The position numbers and the translations under genes are program-made. 64,000 nucleotides of DNA from Stegostoma tigrinum (taxonomy: Eukaryota). A model generated the notes under the pieces. The model had not been told where the DNA came from and ran no database searches. It saw nothing but the letters and a program-made list of their open reading frames with translations. Shown piece by piece: positions 1-10,954 of this stretch (within the stretch, counting starts at the first letter, position 1; each line of letters starts with the position of its first letter). The DNA lies in NCBI RefSeq assembly GCF_030684315.1, contig NC_081362.1:96517187-96581186 (forward strand), read 5' to 3'.

Positions 1-20
1 CATGGGCTTCTGACTCCAGC
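1..20 (-). CDS. Possible start of a cytoplasmic exon running off the window edge
   Basis: cctattatctttag|G CTG GAG TCA GAA GCC CAT G is open in phase 2, matching the TM exon donor. Only 20 nt are visible. Confidence 0.3.
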
Positions 21-744
21 CTAAAGATAATAGGATGATCTTAAAACTTGGACCATTTGCTAAAAGGAGCAGAATTAGTGCAAACAACAAAAAATAAGAA
101 TTTGACCAAAACCACAGGGTGTGCTGTGAAATTAGGCCAAGTTATTGTTGTTTCTGGCTGATGAAGGGAGAGATTGTTTGAAGAAATTTGCCGCATTTTC
201 AGTTGGTTGAGTCTGAGAAAATCCCGAGGGACAGAGCGGCATGAACTCACTGTGATGCTGTGCACAATAAGCAAATACCAACTCAAAGAAAGGCTTTAGT
301 TTGTCTTTATATCATTGGAAGGACTCACACTGCAGGGTGATGATCAAAGTATGAAAAGCCCTTTAAAGGGGGAATCAACAAAATGGAAACAGGTGACTGA
401 GGGGGTGCAGAGTGAAGGATCATGGATACAAACTCCAGCAGAATATATCAACTCCAGACTCTCAGTAAATCCCTTCACCCAGAGGATGGGGAGGCTCTCG
501 GATGCACTCCAGGCTGATGGCAGGCGTAGAGTCAATGAGAACATTCAGGATTTGATTGGAGAGGGGTGGAAGGATAAAGGGGACTGAATCGATGGGGGCA
601 CAGGGCAGGGAAATGTGATTTGTGTTTTCAGCTGATGTGGAAATGAAAGACCAGCAAAGGCTGCTGGGCCAAATGGAGTGCCAGACCAAAATGAAGTCTG
701 GGATTCCCTTGGCCTACCCATTAGGGAGCGCTATATTGCCAGTG

Positions 745-745
<1 letters not shown>

Positions 746-775
<30 letters not shown>
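746..775. repeat. Poly-C homopolymer (~30 nt)
   Basis: Directly visible. The length may be affected by sequencing error. Confidence 0.9.
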
Positions 776-776
<1 letters not shown>

Positions 777-1116
777 CACCAAGGCAGACCCTGACACGAG
801 GCTCGGTGGATAATGATCAATGATCCGACTGGGGATCCTGCAGGTGATTTCTAATGCTTCATCCATCCAAAGCTTTCTGACTGTCACCACTAGGAGCCTG
901 CGGCCTGGCACTGGAGGACGTGTGATACCAGAGAAGGAGCAAACTGGCAATGATTATGCAGCTGGATGTATGGGATGGTCTCGACAGTCACTGATCCACC
1001 ATTTACAATGGATCTATATGCTGCAGTGGGATTATCAGCGCTCACTAAAAACAATCACCCTCGTGTCGAAAGCAATAACAGTTCCGTGACAGAATCAAAG
1101 CCAAGATGAAAATTAC

Positions 1117-1267
1117 CCTTGTGTGGAGTCCTTTACTGAGGAGCACAGCTTCTGTTTCCGAAGGAAAACTATCAGCAGGACAAGGCAGATCAAGACAGCT
1201 AAACCCAGAATAGTGCCAGTGATTAAAATGGGATCTGAAGTCTGGGGAGTATCATGGGAAGGTTCTT
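1117..1267 (-). CDS. Stalk + transmembrane + juxtamembrane exon: (E)EPSHDTPQTSDPILITGTILGLAVLICLVLLIVFLRKQKLCSSVKDSTQG
   Basis: Acceptor tatatttttacag|AA GAA is phase 1, matching the V donors. It encodes an uncharged ~22-aa hydrophobic helix followed by an RKQK stop-transfer. Donor GG|gtaatt (phase 2). Too short to appear in the ORF track; translated by hand. Confidence 0.85.
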
Positions 1268-1364
1268 CTGTAAAAATATATCAGAATTTTACACACAGAG
1301 TCGCTTCAATATGAGCAATGTCCAAGAATATCAACAACATTAATTTTGGGTTCCTCAGCATAGT

Positions 1365-2000
1365 AACACCCCTCCTGACTCCCTAAAGCCTGCTGAATAC
1401 CTACAAGGCACAGGTCAGCAGTGTGTGATGGAATATTCCCCACTTGCCTGGATGACACATTCCTGACACCACTCAAGAAGCTCAACAACATCCAGGAGAA
1501 TATAGCTCATGCAATTAGTACCACACCCACAAGCATCCACTCCCTCCACTACTGATGTCCTACTGTGTCCTATCTACAAGATACACTGCAATGTAGCCCA
1601 ATTTATTGCCGCCAAAGCCACAAACATTCACTCCCTCCACCACCAATGCTCGGTAGCAGCAGTGTGTACAATCTACAAGATGCAGTGCAGAAATTCACCA
1701 AAGGTCTTCAGACAGCACCTTCCTAACACACAACCTCCTCCACCTAGAAGGACAAGGGCAGCAGAGAGATGAGACACCCTCCTGAAAGTTCCCTACCAAG
1801 ACACTCCCCATCCTGACTCGAAAATGCATCATCATTCCTTCATTGTTATGGGTCAAAATCCTTGATTTCCCTCCCAAAGGACATTGTGGATCAACCAACA
1901 GCAGATGGACTGCAGCGGTTCAAGAAGGCAGATGACCACCACTTTCACAAGGGGTAACGAGAGATGGGCAATAAATGCACACATGCCACAAGTGAATTAA
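1365..2000 (+). mobile_element. LINE 3'-end fragment (SLHHQ.SVAAVCTIYKMHC family); other copies at ~3840-4425, ~6290-6710, ~53030-53470 (-)
   Basis: Recurrent sequence ending gggcaa.tagggatgggcaataaatgc. The same tail is found on a SINE family at ~7610-7940, 21900-22100, 23620-23870, 27850-28175, 29740-30010 and 46570-46830. Confidence 0.75.
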
Positions 2001-2233
2001 TTTTAAAAAAAAGATGAATTTGTAAAACTGTTCCAGAGTGAAATATTTCCAGAAGATGAATTCCACAATCTCATGTTCCGAGGGAGAGGTCACAGCTCCG
2101 TGGAAAATGCCTCAGAGATATGCTGATATCACAACCCCATGTCTCCAGTTCTGTCTCTTCTTTGCTGTGTGTACAGTTACTGAGTTCACTGTTCTGATGC
2201 TGTTTTGTATAGAACAAGCTCCCATATACTTAT

Positions 2234-2578
2234 CACTTACTGTCAGCTGGGTTCCATTCCCATTGATATCTCCCCAGACTTTACAGTAATAGACCCCAGT
2301 GTCACTGGGCTGCACGTTTGTCATGGTCAGAATGAAGCTGTTATTGGAGGGGTCTCTGGAAGACTGGAATTACTCCGTGAATCATGGGCTCCATTGTGTG
2401 ATGTTCCTCACGTCATGTGCTAAAACAAACTTCGCGTTGATCCCCAGTTGCTCCCGGTACCAGTGAACATCGGTGTGTGTCACTGCAACATTCCTCCTGG
2501 TGCACTGTAACCGGGCAGTGTGACCCTCAGTGACACGTTCCAGGCTCGGAGACTGGAGAAGGACTGGGGGATTTACAC
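2234..2578 (-). pseudogene. Pseudo-exon V4, disabled duplicate of V2
   Basis: Colinear with V2 and the same 345 nt length. In-frame TGA (2382-2384, GGA in V2) and TAA (2370-2372, CGA in V2). The donor equivalent is mutated GT->AT (2233-2232). The acceptor cttgccttaaag is intact. Confidence 0.9.
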
Positions 2579-2672
2579 CTTTAAGGCAAGAATATAAACA
2601 ATGTACAAACTAGACTGCAATCTAAAAACTGTCCTCAATATTTCAACTAAAAAGTCAGTCAGCATGCATTAC

Positions 2673-2790
2673 CTTGTCATGAATGCACAGAAATAAAAAA
2701 AATAAACAATTTAGACAGAAAACCAATCTATCTTTAAAATGCACATGCAGAATCTTACAAAATGGCTCCCATAAGTCACATGACTTCCTT
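2673..2790 (-). pseudogene. Decayed leader exon and promoter of V4
   Basis: Donor CAAG|gtaatg lies 94 nt above the V4 acceptor. The hydrophobic stretch LVFCLNCLFFLF is out of frame at a poly-T run, with TGA in the phase-1 frame. Overlapping ETS (GGAAGT) and E-box (GTCATGTGAC) motifs sit at 2775-2788. Confidence 0.5.
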
Positions 2791-4866
2791 GACAGATTCG
2801 CCTGCAATTGGAATCTCTCTGTAATTACCTGAGAAAAACCAACAAGAATAGTTTTGAAAGTCAGTGAACTTTCTGAAAGGTAAACAGAAATTCATTGGCA
2901 GTGCCATCCCTAAAGGTCTGACTATCTCCTCCTGTGTCATCAAAAACCTGAAAGAATGTGAGGTACAAACCGGGAATGTTGGAGAAACTCAGCAGGTCTG
3001 ACAGTACCTGTGGAGAGAGAAACAGAGTTCATGTTCACAACTCACTCAGCTCAATGCCGGGAGCTGCCCTCACAGCTGCATCCTGGGATGTCCACATAAC
3101 ATGGCTGCTCCCAGCCAGATGCTTATACAGCTCACATTTCAAACAAAACCTGGACCCAAAGCATGGAACCATGTCAGGTACTGTGTTATCCCCCGCCTGG
3201 AGCACAGATCCTGCATTGTCCTGGAGCTGAGGAAATTAACTTTTTAACTGTCTCAGCCTTCAGAAGCAGAGAACGCTTCTGATAAGGAAGGAGGCCATTC
3301 AGCCCATCAAATGTACACCGGCCCTTCAAAGAGCATCCAACCCGGGCCTACCCACTACCCAATTCCTGTGAACTTGCATTTTCCATGGCTAATCCACTTA
3401 TTCTGCATAACCCTGGACACTGTGGGCAATTTGGCACGTCCATCACACCGAACCTGCACATCTTTGGACAGTGGGAGGAAACTGGAGTACATGAAGAAAG
3501 GCCATGCAGACATGGACACAATGTGCAAACTCCACACAAACAGTCACTCGAGAGTAGAATCGAACTGGGTCCATGCGGCAGTGAGGCAGCAATGCTAAAC
3601 AACATGCCACCAATGTGCACATGGGCTCTTAATCATGTTGGTGAAAGCAAAATACCATGGATTTCCAGAAATCTGAAATCAAACAGAAAGCTCCGGAGAA
3701 ATTCAACAAGACTGGCAGCATCAGTGGGCTGAGAATCAGAGTTGGCGTTTCGAGACCAAATTTTTCTTCATAATGGATTTGAAGAAGGAGTATAAAAAAA
3801 TCAAACAGTGGCTACAAGGACAGATGAAAGGTTGGCAACCTTCCAAGGAAAACCTCCCCTCCTGACTTCCCCAAGCGTGTCCACTATCCACAAGGATCAA
3901 GTCATGGGTATGATGGAAAACACTGTATTTAATCGGATAAAGAAGCCTTTAATATCACTCAAGAAGTTTAACAGCATCCAAGACAACACAGCTCACTTCT
4001 TCATTATCCCATCCACCACCTTAAGTGTCCACTCACTCCACCACCAACGCTCTGTCTCTGCAGTGTGTACTGTCTACAAGGTGCACTGTACAAATTCAAC
4101 ATGGTTCCTTAGACAGCACCTTCCAAATCCACACCCACTTCCACTGAGAAGGACAAGGGCAGCAAATACATAAGAAGTCACCACCCTCTCCAAGTTCCCC
4201 TCCAAGCCACTCACAATCCTGGCTTGTTGGGATATATTGTTGTTCTTCCGTGTCGCTGGGTCAATATCCTGGTATTCCTTCCCAAACGGTATTGGAGTCT
4301 ACCGACATCACATGGACTGCAGTGGATCAATGAGGCAGCTCACTATTGCCTTCTCAAGGGGCAAATAGGGATGGGAAATAAATGCTGGCCCAGCAAGTGA
4401 TGCCCATGTCTCATGACTGAATAAAAGCAGGCATCAGGTTCACTAATATCGTTGATGGACAGCAATCTATAATCTTTAGTCTGGCAGGTATACAAATCCA
4501 GAATTATGGCCGACCTGCCCTCTGAAACAGCTGAGCAAAATTCTCATGATATCAAAGCTTTAAACCTGCCGATGTGGAGAAAGGCAGCTCACAGCCACGT
4601 ACTGAATGACAATAAGACGATAAGAGGCAAGCAATAAATGCTGGATTGATAGATGATAGAAAAAGCATTGATTCTTTCTCATATTTCCACAATTCAACCC
4701 TTCTATTTTCCCTCTGGAATCAAGCTTCCCACTGTCTATTTCATGCCCCGACATGAGGCATGTTGGATGAAATTACAAGCTTCCATCTATCTGTTCTACT
4801 GTATGAAGGTAGAACAGTTCCCAGTCAGATCTGTGAGGCTACCAGCATTCCCTCCCATTGCCTTAC

Positions 4867-5214
4867 CAGTTACATTGAGCTGGCTCCCTGCTCCACAAAT
4901 GTAGCTCCACACACTGCAGTGGTACACAGCACTATCATTGAGAGTCACATTCACAAGGCGCAGAATGTAACTGTTACTGCCAACATTCCTGGAAGCATGA
5001 ACACGAACGTGGAAACCCTGGGCCTTGGTGAAGGTGCCATTCACAAACTGGCTTATCACCCACTCCCTGTTGCTGCCAGGTTGCTGGTAGTGCCAGTGGG
5101 CATCAGTGTCATTCACACTGGCATTGTACATGGCACACTGCAACTCAACAGTTTCACCCTCTGGTACCTTGCTGGCCATTGGATACTGAATGAGGAATGG
5201 ACCAGCCAATGGAT
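4867..5214 (-). CDS. Germline-joined VJ-type Ig V exon V3 (intact)
   Basis: Acceptor tttttcacacacag|AT CCA, donor ACT G|gtaagg, 348 nt, phase 1-1. VELQC…HWHYQQPG…YILRLVNVTLNDSAVYHCSVWSYICGAGSQLNVT. Confidence 0.92.
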
Positions 5215-6960
5215 CTGTGTGTGAAAAACAGACAGAGGTGAATACAAAGAAATGTAATACTCCATCTTTCAAATCTGATTAAAATCTCAGGAAGGTTTAA
5301 TGATCGCCTGCTGTTTAATGCAATATTTTCTAAGGTCAAGGACCAGAAACAGTACAACAGGGTGCACTCTGTCAGCTGAAGCTTATTGGGAGCATCCTGA
5401 CTCTGAGGTGGAAGGTGATGGGATTCCCATCCCTCCTGAGGTTTGAGCAGACATTAAGACCATCCAGAGCAGCACAGAGACAGTGAGTTTGGAACAGCCA
5501 GCACTGGCCTGAGGTGTTAAAACGAGTCTGTCCTTACAGGAGGATGTGAAAAATTCCCAGGGCAACATTCAAGAATCAAACAAAGAGTTCAGCCAGTGTT
5601 CAGGGATGGGGCGATTCATTTCAATGCTTGTTTGTTGGATCTTTCTGTGTATTTTCTCCACTAATGACTTCAATGTGCCTCATTGGTTGTAAATTATGCT
5701 GGGACCCACCAAGGTTGTGAAAGGTGTTACTGAATAAACAATCTAATTCTTTCATTGCTTCATGATGCTGCAACAAAATGACATTGAAAAATTGAGATAA
5801 GACATCTCCAAATCTGCAAATCATTTGCAAAGGAGTTGCACTGTAGTGATGCAAGGTGTGTGTGTGGAGAGCTGTAACTGTGTGCTGTCCCATCGTCAGG
5901 GATAGTCGGACAGAGAAAGAGACTCAGAGAGATTGTTCATACTGCTCACAGGGAGAGAGGACAAGGACCAGGTTTGTAATGATGGACAAAAGCAAATTGT
6001 TGTGGGTTCTGGAAAACTGAAATAAAAACAGAAAGTGATGGAAAAACCCAATACATCTGACAGTATGTCTGGAGAAAGAAAAAACAGAGTTAATATTTTC
6101 GGTTCTGAACAAGGCAAGTTGGGCTTGAAACATTAACTTTGCCTCTCTCTATATATATGTTGCCAGACTTGCTGAGTTTCTCCAGCAATTTCTGTTTTTA
6201 TTATAAATAAATATCATTGACTTGGTATAAGAAGTATAACTTCTAAGTTTACAGATGATTCAGAAATGCCATGAAGGACAGAATAGTAGCAGACTATCCA
6301 GGACAAAGCAGCCTGCTCCATTGCCATCACACCCACCAACATCCACACTCTCCACCACCAACACTCTGTAGCAGCAGTGTGTACCATCTACAAGATACAC
6401 TGCAGAAATCCACCAAGGCTCCTGAGACAGCATCCTCCAAACCCATGAACACATCCATCTGGATGGATAAGGGCAGCAGATAAATGGGAACACCAACTCT
6501 TGCAAGTTCTCCTCCAAGACAGTCACCATTCTGACTTGGAAATATATTGTTGTTCCTTCAGTGTTGCTGGGTCAAAACCCTGGAATTCCCTCCCTGAAGT
6601 CAATCCACAGCACCTGGACAGCAGCTGTTCAACAAGGCAGCTCACCACTATCCTCTCAAGGGGCAACTAGGGATGGACAATAAATTGCCACCTGCCAAAG
6701 TGAATTATTCCTTTTGAGTATTTCCATTGAGTTTGAGAAGCTGATCAATTCTGTTCTGAGGTGACATCGTTACAGAAGGTGAATTCCACAATGTCATACT
6801 CTGAGGGAGAAGTAACAGCTCCATGGAATATGGATCAGAAAAAAGCTGACAACATCAAAACCCCAATCTCCAGTCCTGACTCCTCTCTACTGGGGTTGTA
6901 AAGATAACACTTTCACCATTTTGATGTTGTTTTGCATAAAATAAATTTTCATATACTTAC

Positions 6961-7305
6961 CGGTTACAGTCAGCTGGGATCCATTCCCACTGATATCTCC
7001 CCACACTTTACAATAATAGACCCCAGTGTCATTGGGCTGCACGTTTGTGATGGTCAGAATGAAGCTGTTATTGGAGGAGTCTCTGGAAGACTGGAATCGC
7101 TCAGTGAATCCTGGGCTCCATTGTGTCATGTTCCTCACGTCATGTGCTAAAATCCACTCCATGTTATTCCCTGGTTGCTCCCAGTACCAGTGAACATCGG
7201 TACGTGTCACTGCGGCGTTCCTCATGGTGCACTGTAACTGGGCAGTGTGACCTTCGGTGACACGATCCAGGCTCAGAGATTGGAGAAGAACAGGGAGGTT
7301 TGCAA
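6961..7305 (-). CDS. Germline-joined VJ-type Ig V exon V2 (intact)
   Basis: Acceptor ttttctcttaaaag|TT GCA, donor ACC G|gtaagt, 345 nt, phase 1-1. Translation ANLPVLLQSLSLDRVTEGHTAQLQC…VHWYWEQPG…FILTITNVQPNDTGVYYCKVWGDISGNGSQLTVT. Confidence 0.92.
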
Positions 7306-8059
7306 CTTTTAAGAGAAAAGGTGAGAATAAATTAAAACTAGTCTGAAGCCTGTTAAATGGCTCAAATACTTAATGAGAAGCATAGCAGCTCATGTTATCT
7401 TGGGTGAACTCCTAACCTGTCATCAATCATCTTGATCTGCAAATCTCATGGATTACTTTAATTCGAAGATTAAGATCTGACGTTCAGCCACTTCCTCCTC
7501 ATGCACAAACTTGTTGTGTCTCCCCTCCTGATCCCCAGTCACTCTGGAATCTTCCCGGTCTTCTCCCCACACCAACATCACATTTCCTAATGACTCAGTC
7601 CCCATTTATGAATAGGGAGGCAATGACCTACTGGTATTATCACTGTTAATCCAGAGACCCAGGTAATGTTCTGGGGACCCAGATTCAAATCCTGCCATGG
7701 CAGATGGTGGAATTTGAACACAATAAAAATTGACAGTCTAATGTTGACCATGAGTCTCTCATCGATTATTGGAAAAATCCATCGAGGTCACAAATGTCTA
7801 TTAGGGAAAGGGAATCTGCCATCTTTACCTGGTTTAGCATACATGTAACTCCAGACTCATATGACTCATCTGTTCAATTAGTGATGGGCAAAAAATGCTG
7901 GCCAGCCAGTTATGTGATGCCCACATCCCATGAATGAATATAAAATAATTCTTCTCCACACTCTCCCTTCCCGTCTTTCATCAAAAATGATACAGCTCAC
8001 AAAAGCAAGAGTCTCTTCAAACGCACTGTCATCAAAACACTCCTCAAACAAGTCCGTCA

Positions 8060-9460
8060 AGTGACTGAGAAGACTGGAGGTGACTAATATGGTGCCATTA
8101 TTTCAGAAAGGTGATAACAAAAAGCTAGGGAATGATAGACCAGTGAGCCTCAAGTCAGTCCTGGGCAAATTGTGGACAGGGATTCTGAGGCTCAGGATTT
8201 ACATGCATTCAGAAAAGCAAGGACTGATTAGAGATAGTCAAGAGTCTTTGTGTGTGGAAAAACTTGAGTTTTTTGAGGAGGTGAGAAAGAAGACTGATGG
8301 AGACAGAATGGTAGACATTGTCAACGTGGGCTTCAGCAAGGCATTGGGCAAGGTTATTCACGGTATCCTGGTAAGCAAGGTTCACATGGGGTCCAGGGGT
8401 ACCAAGCCAACTGGATACAAATTTATCTTGAAGGTAGGAGACAGAAGGTGGTGAGGAAGCCTGTGACGCAAGGATCTATGGTGGGTCTATTGCTTTTTGT
8501 CGTCTGTAAGAATGATTTAAGTGTGAATGTAGGAGGGAAAGTCAGCAAGTTTGCAGATGACACAATTTTTTTTGGTGACATAATTGCCAATGAAGAAGGT
8601 TATCTTGGAGTGCAGTTGGGCCTGGATCAGGTGGGCCAATGGGCCAAGGAATGGCAGATGGAGTGTAACTATGATAAATGTAAGCTGTGCATTTTGGTAT
8701 AGCAAAGCAGTGAAGGGCATATACAATTAATGGTGGGGTTCCAGGGAGTATTACCTAAAAAAGAGAACTAGAGGTGCAGGTGTGTGACTCCTTGAAAGTG
8801 GGGTTCACATGTTGACAGGGTAGTGAAGAAGTTGTTGGGCATACTTAACGTCATTGTTCAGTGCATTGAGTCTCATAGTTGAGATATCATTTTGCCGCTG
8901 TACAGGATATTGGTGAAACCACTTTTAGAATGCTGCATTTAATTCTGGTCCCCCGGCTGCAGGAAAGTTGTTGTTAAACTTGAAAGGGTTCAGAAAATAA
9001 TTACAAGGATAATGCTATGGTTGGAGTGTTTGTACAATAGGGAGAGACTGAACAGACTGAGGATATTTCCTCTGGAGCGTCAGAGGCTGAGGAGTGATTT
9101 TAAAAAGTTTATAAAATCATGAAATGCATGGATAGGGTGAATAGCCGAGATTTTTTTTCTCTCAGAGGAGGAGAGTACAAAACTGGAGGGCATGGGCTTG
9201 AGGTGAGAGGAGAAAGATTTTAAAATGATCTGAACTGCAACTTTTTCATGCAGAGCGTGGTGTGTGTACAGAATGAGCTGCCAGAGGAAATGGTGGAGCC
9301 TGGGGCAATTGCAACATTCATGTTGGATGGGTATATGAATAGGAAGGGTTTAGAGGGACATGAGCCAAATGCTGGCAAATGGATTTAGGTCAGATTTGGA
9401 TGCCTGGTCAGCACAGATGAATTGGACCGAAGGATGTATTTCTGTGCTGTATGACTCTAA
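8060..9460 (+). mobile_element. Degenerate CR1 ORF2 3' half
   Basis: VPLFQKG, RPVSL, FSKA, QGSMVG.LLF, SKFADDT, and a tail ending tatgactcta. Confidence 0.9.
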
Positions 9461-10954
9461 GTCCCCTGAGTCCATTTGTACTGCCTGCTACTGCTGCTGC
9501 TTCTGAATCTTCATTTAATCTCCATTCCTTACTTTCTCAAGACAATCTGTTCAAATACATCCAGTTCAGCTCCCAGCTCAGAGCATTGAGCTTGGACCGT
9601 GCTCATCCATTGCTAGAGTCAGACACTCTCTCACTGACTGAGACACTGTGGGAGAAGATTTCTGAAGTGTCGTCAGGTTTTGTGGAAAGTCTGCATGGAT
9701 GTCATTACCTTCCAGAGAAATAAGAAAATGGGAGCTAAACCCAGGGTGAATTGCCCCCCTCCGTGTCCTTTCTCTCATTGTCACTCTGCTGCACGTTTCA
9801 AATGGGCTCTTACAGCTTTCAAATTGCACACCAGGGAATTCTGCTTGAAGCTGGGTCTGAAGGAGTGCTTGAGAGGTATCTGTGTTGTTGTTGCTGCACT
9901 TTTTGACTCTGGGTCAGTGTCTGCCTGATGTCTCATTTCGCATTGACCTTGAGCTGCTTTCTGGAATCTGTCAAGTTGTGAAGCTCCTTCTCTAAATCCT
10001 GTGTCCAGCTTGGAGCTTCACCAATATCGACCCACACCTACCTCACATCCCATGACTTTGGCAATGACTCCCGCAAGTATATACAAGGAAGAGAAGTTTA
10101 GGAAGGGACAAAATGTGGAATAAAACTGACAGAGAGGGGAGGCAGGTTTTGTTGGTGATTGGGGTGACAGATATGAAAGTAGCGTCAATGCCATAATCAG
10201 ATCAGCAATTAACATATCAGATTGTGGGACAGGCTGAGGAGCTGAATGTTCCTATGATTCAGGGTCCCATATGGCTCAGCTGATTGGCAGCCCTCAGAAT
10301 GTGTCCTCGAATATCTGGTTTCCTGTCTCAGTGGGACTCAGTGCTGGAGGAGAGATCCTGTGGTTCGTCTCCCTGGGAAATCTTCATGTTTCTTCCTCGA
10401 TCCTCGATTCCAAATATTTCAGCTTCATTGGCACATACCCCTCCAGCTCAGAGTCAGCATCAACAATTCCGCACGTAAAACCCCCTTTCCCAAAGTTAGA
10501 ATGCACGTTCCTTGTCCTGATATCTCCGCCAGTGATTCAGTGTCAAATGGAGGTCGGCAAACATTCCTGTGAAATTCTTTGGAACCTGTTGCCACGATCA
10601 AGGTGTTGGAAAAGATCCGTACCACGAGCCCAGGCTGGAGGGTTCTCCTTCAGGTTTTGGACAGCTCAGTTAATGTTGATACAATTGGTGTGACTTGCTC
10701 AGAGAGAGCTTTGGATCTTTCAATCCTTTTCCCATGTGTCCTTTATAGGAATTGTGCTCAGAATTTAGGGATGAGGGACAGCGTTTTCCTTGTTGGACTC
10801 TGTGGTTGTGGGGTGGGCCAGGATTGTTGAGAGGGAATGAAAAGGGTATGAGGTATGCTTTTTTGGGGCGGGGGGCAGTCAGAGTGATGGGGCTGGAGGG
10901 GTGATAGATGTAGTGTTGGCTGTTGGGGTGCAGGGCACTTTGAACATGCAAGTT

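Noticed and set aside
41-950. ORFs 41-286 and 714-950, and an acceptor near 914 (ARPQAPSGDSQKALDG*), as cytoplasmic exons
   Set aside because: Several phase-2-compatible candidates exist, none with signalling motifs, and they cannot be discriminated without transcripts.
5812-5832. Two near-octamer motifs upstream of V3
   Set aside because: Both mismatch ATGCAAAT and are expected by chance in AT-rich DNA.
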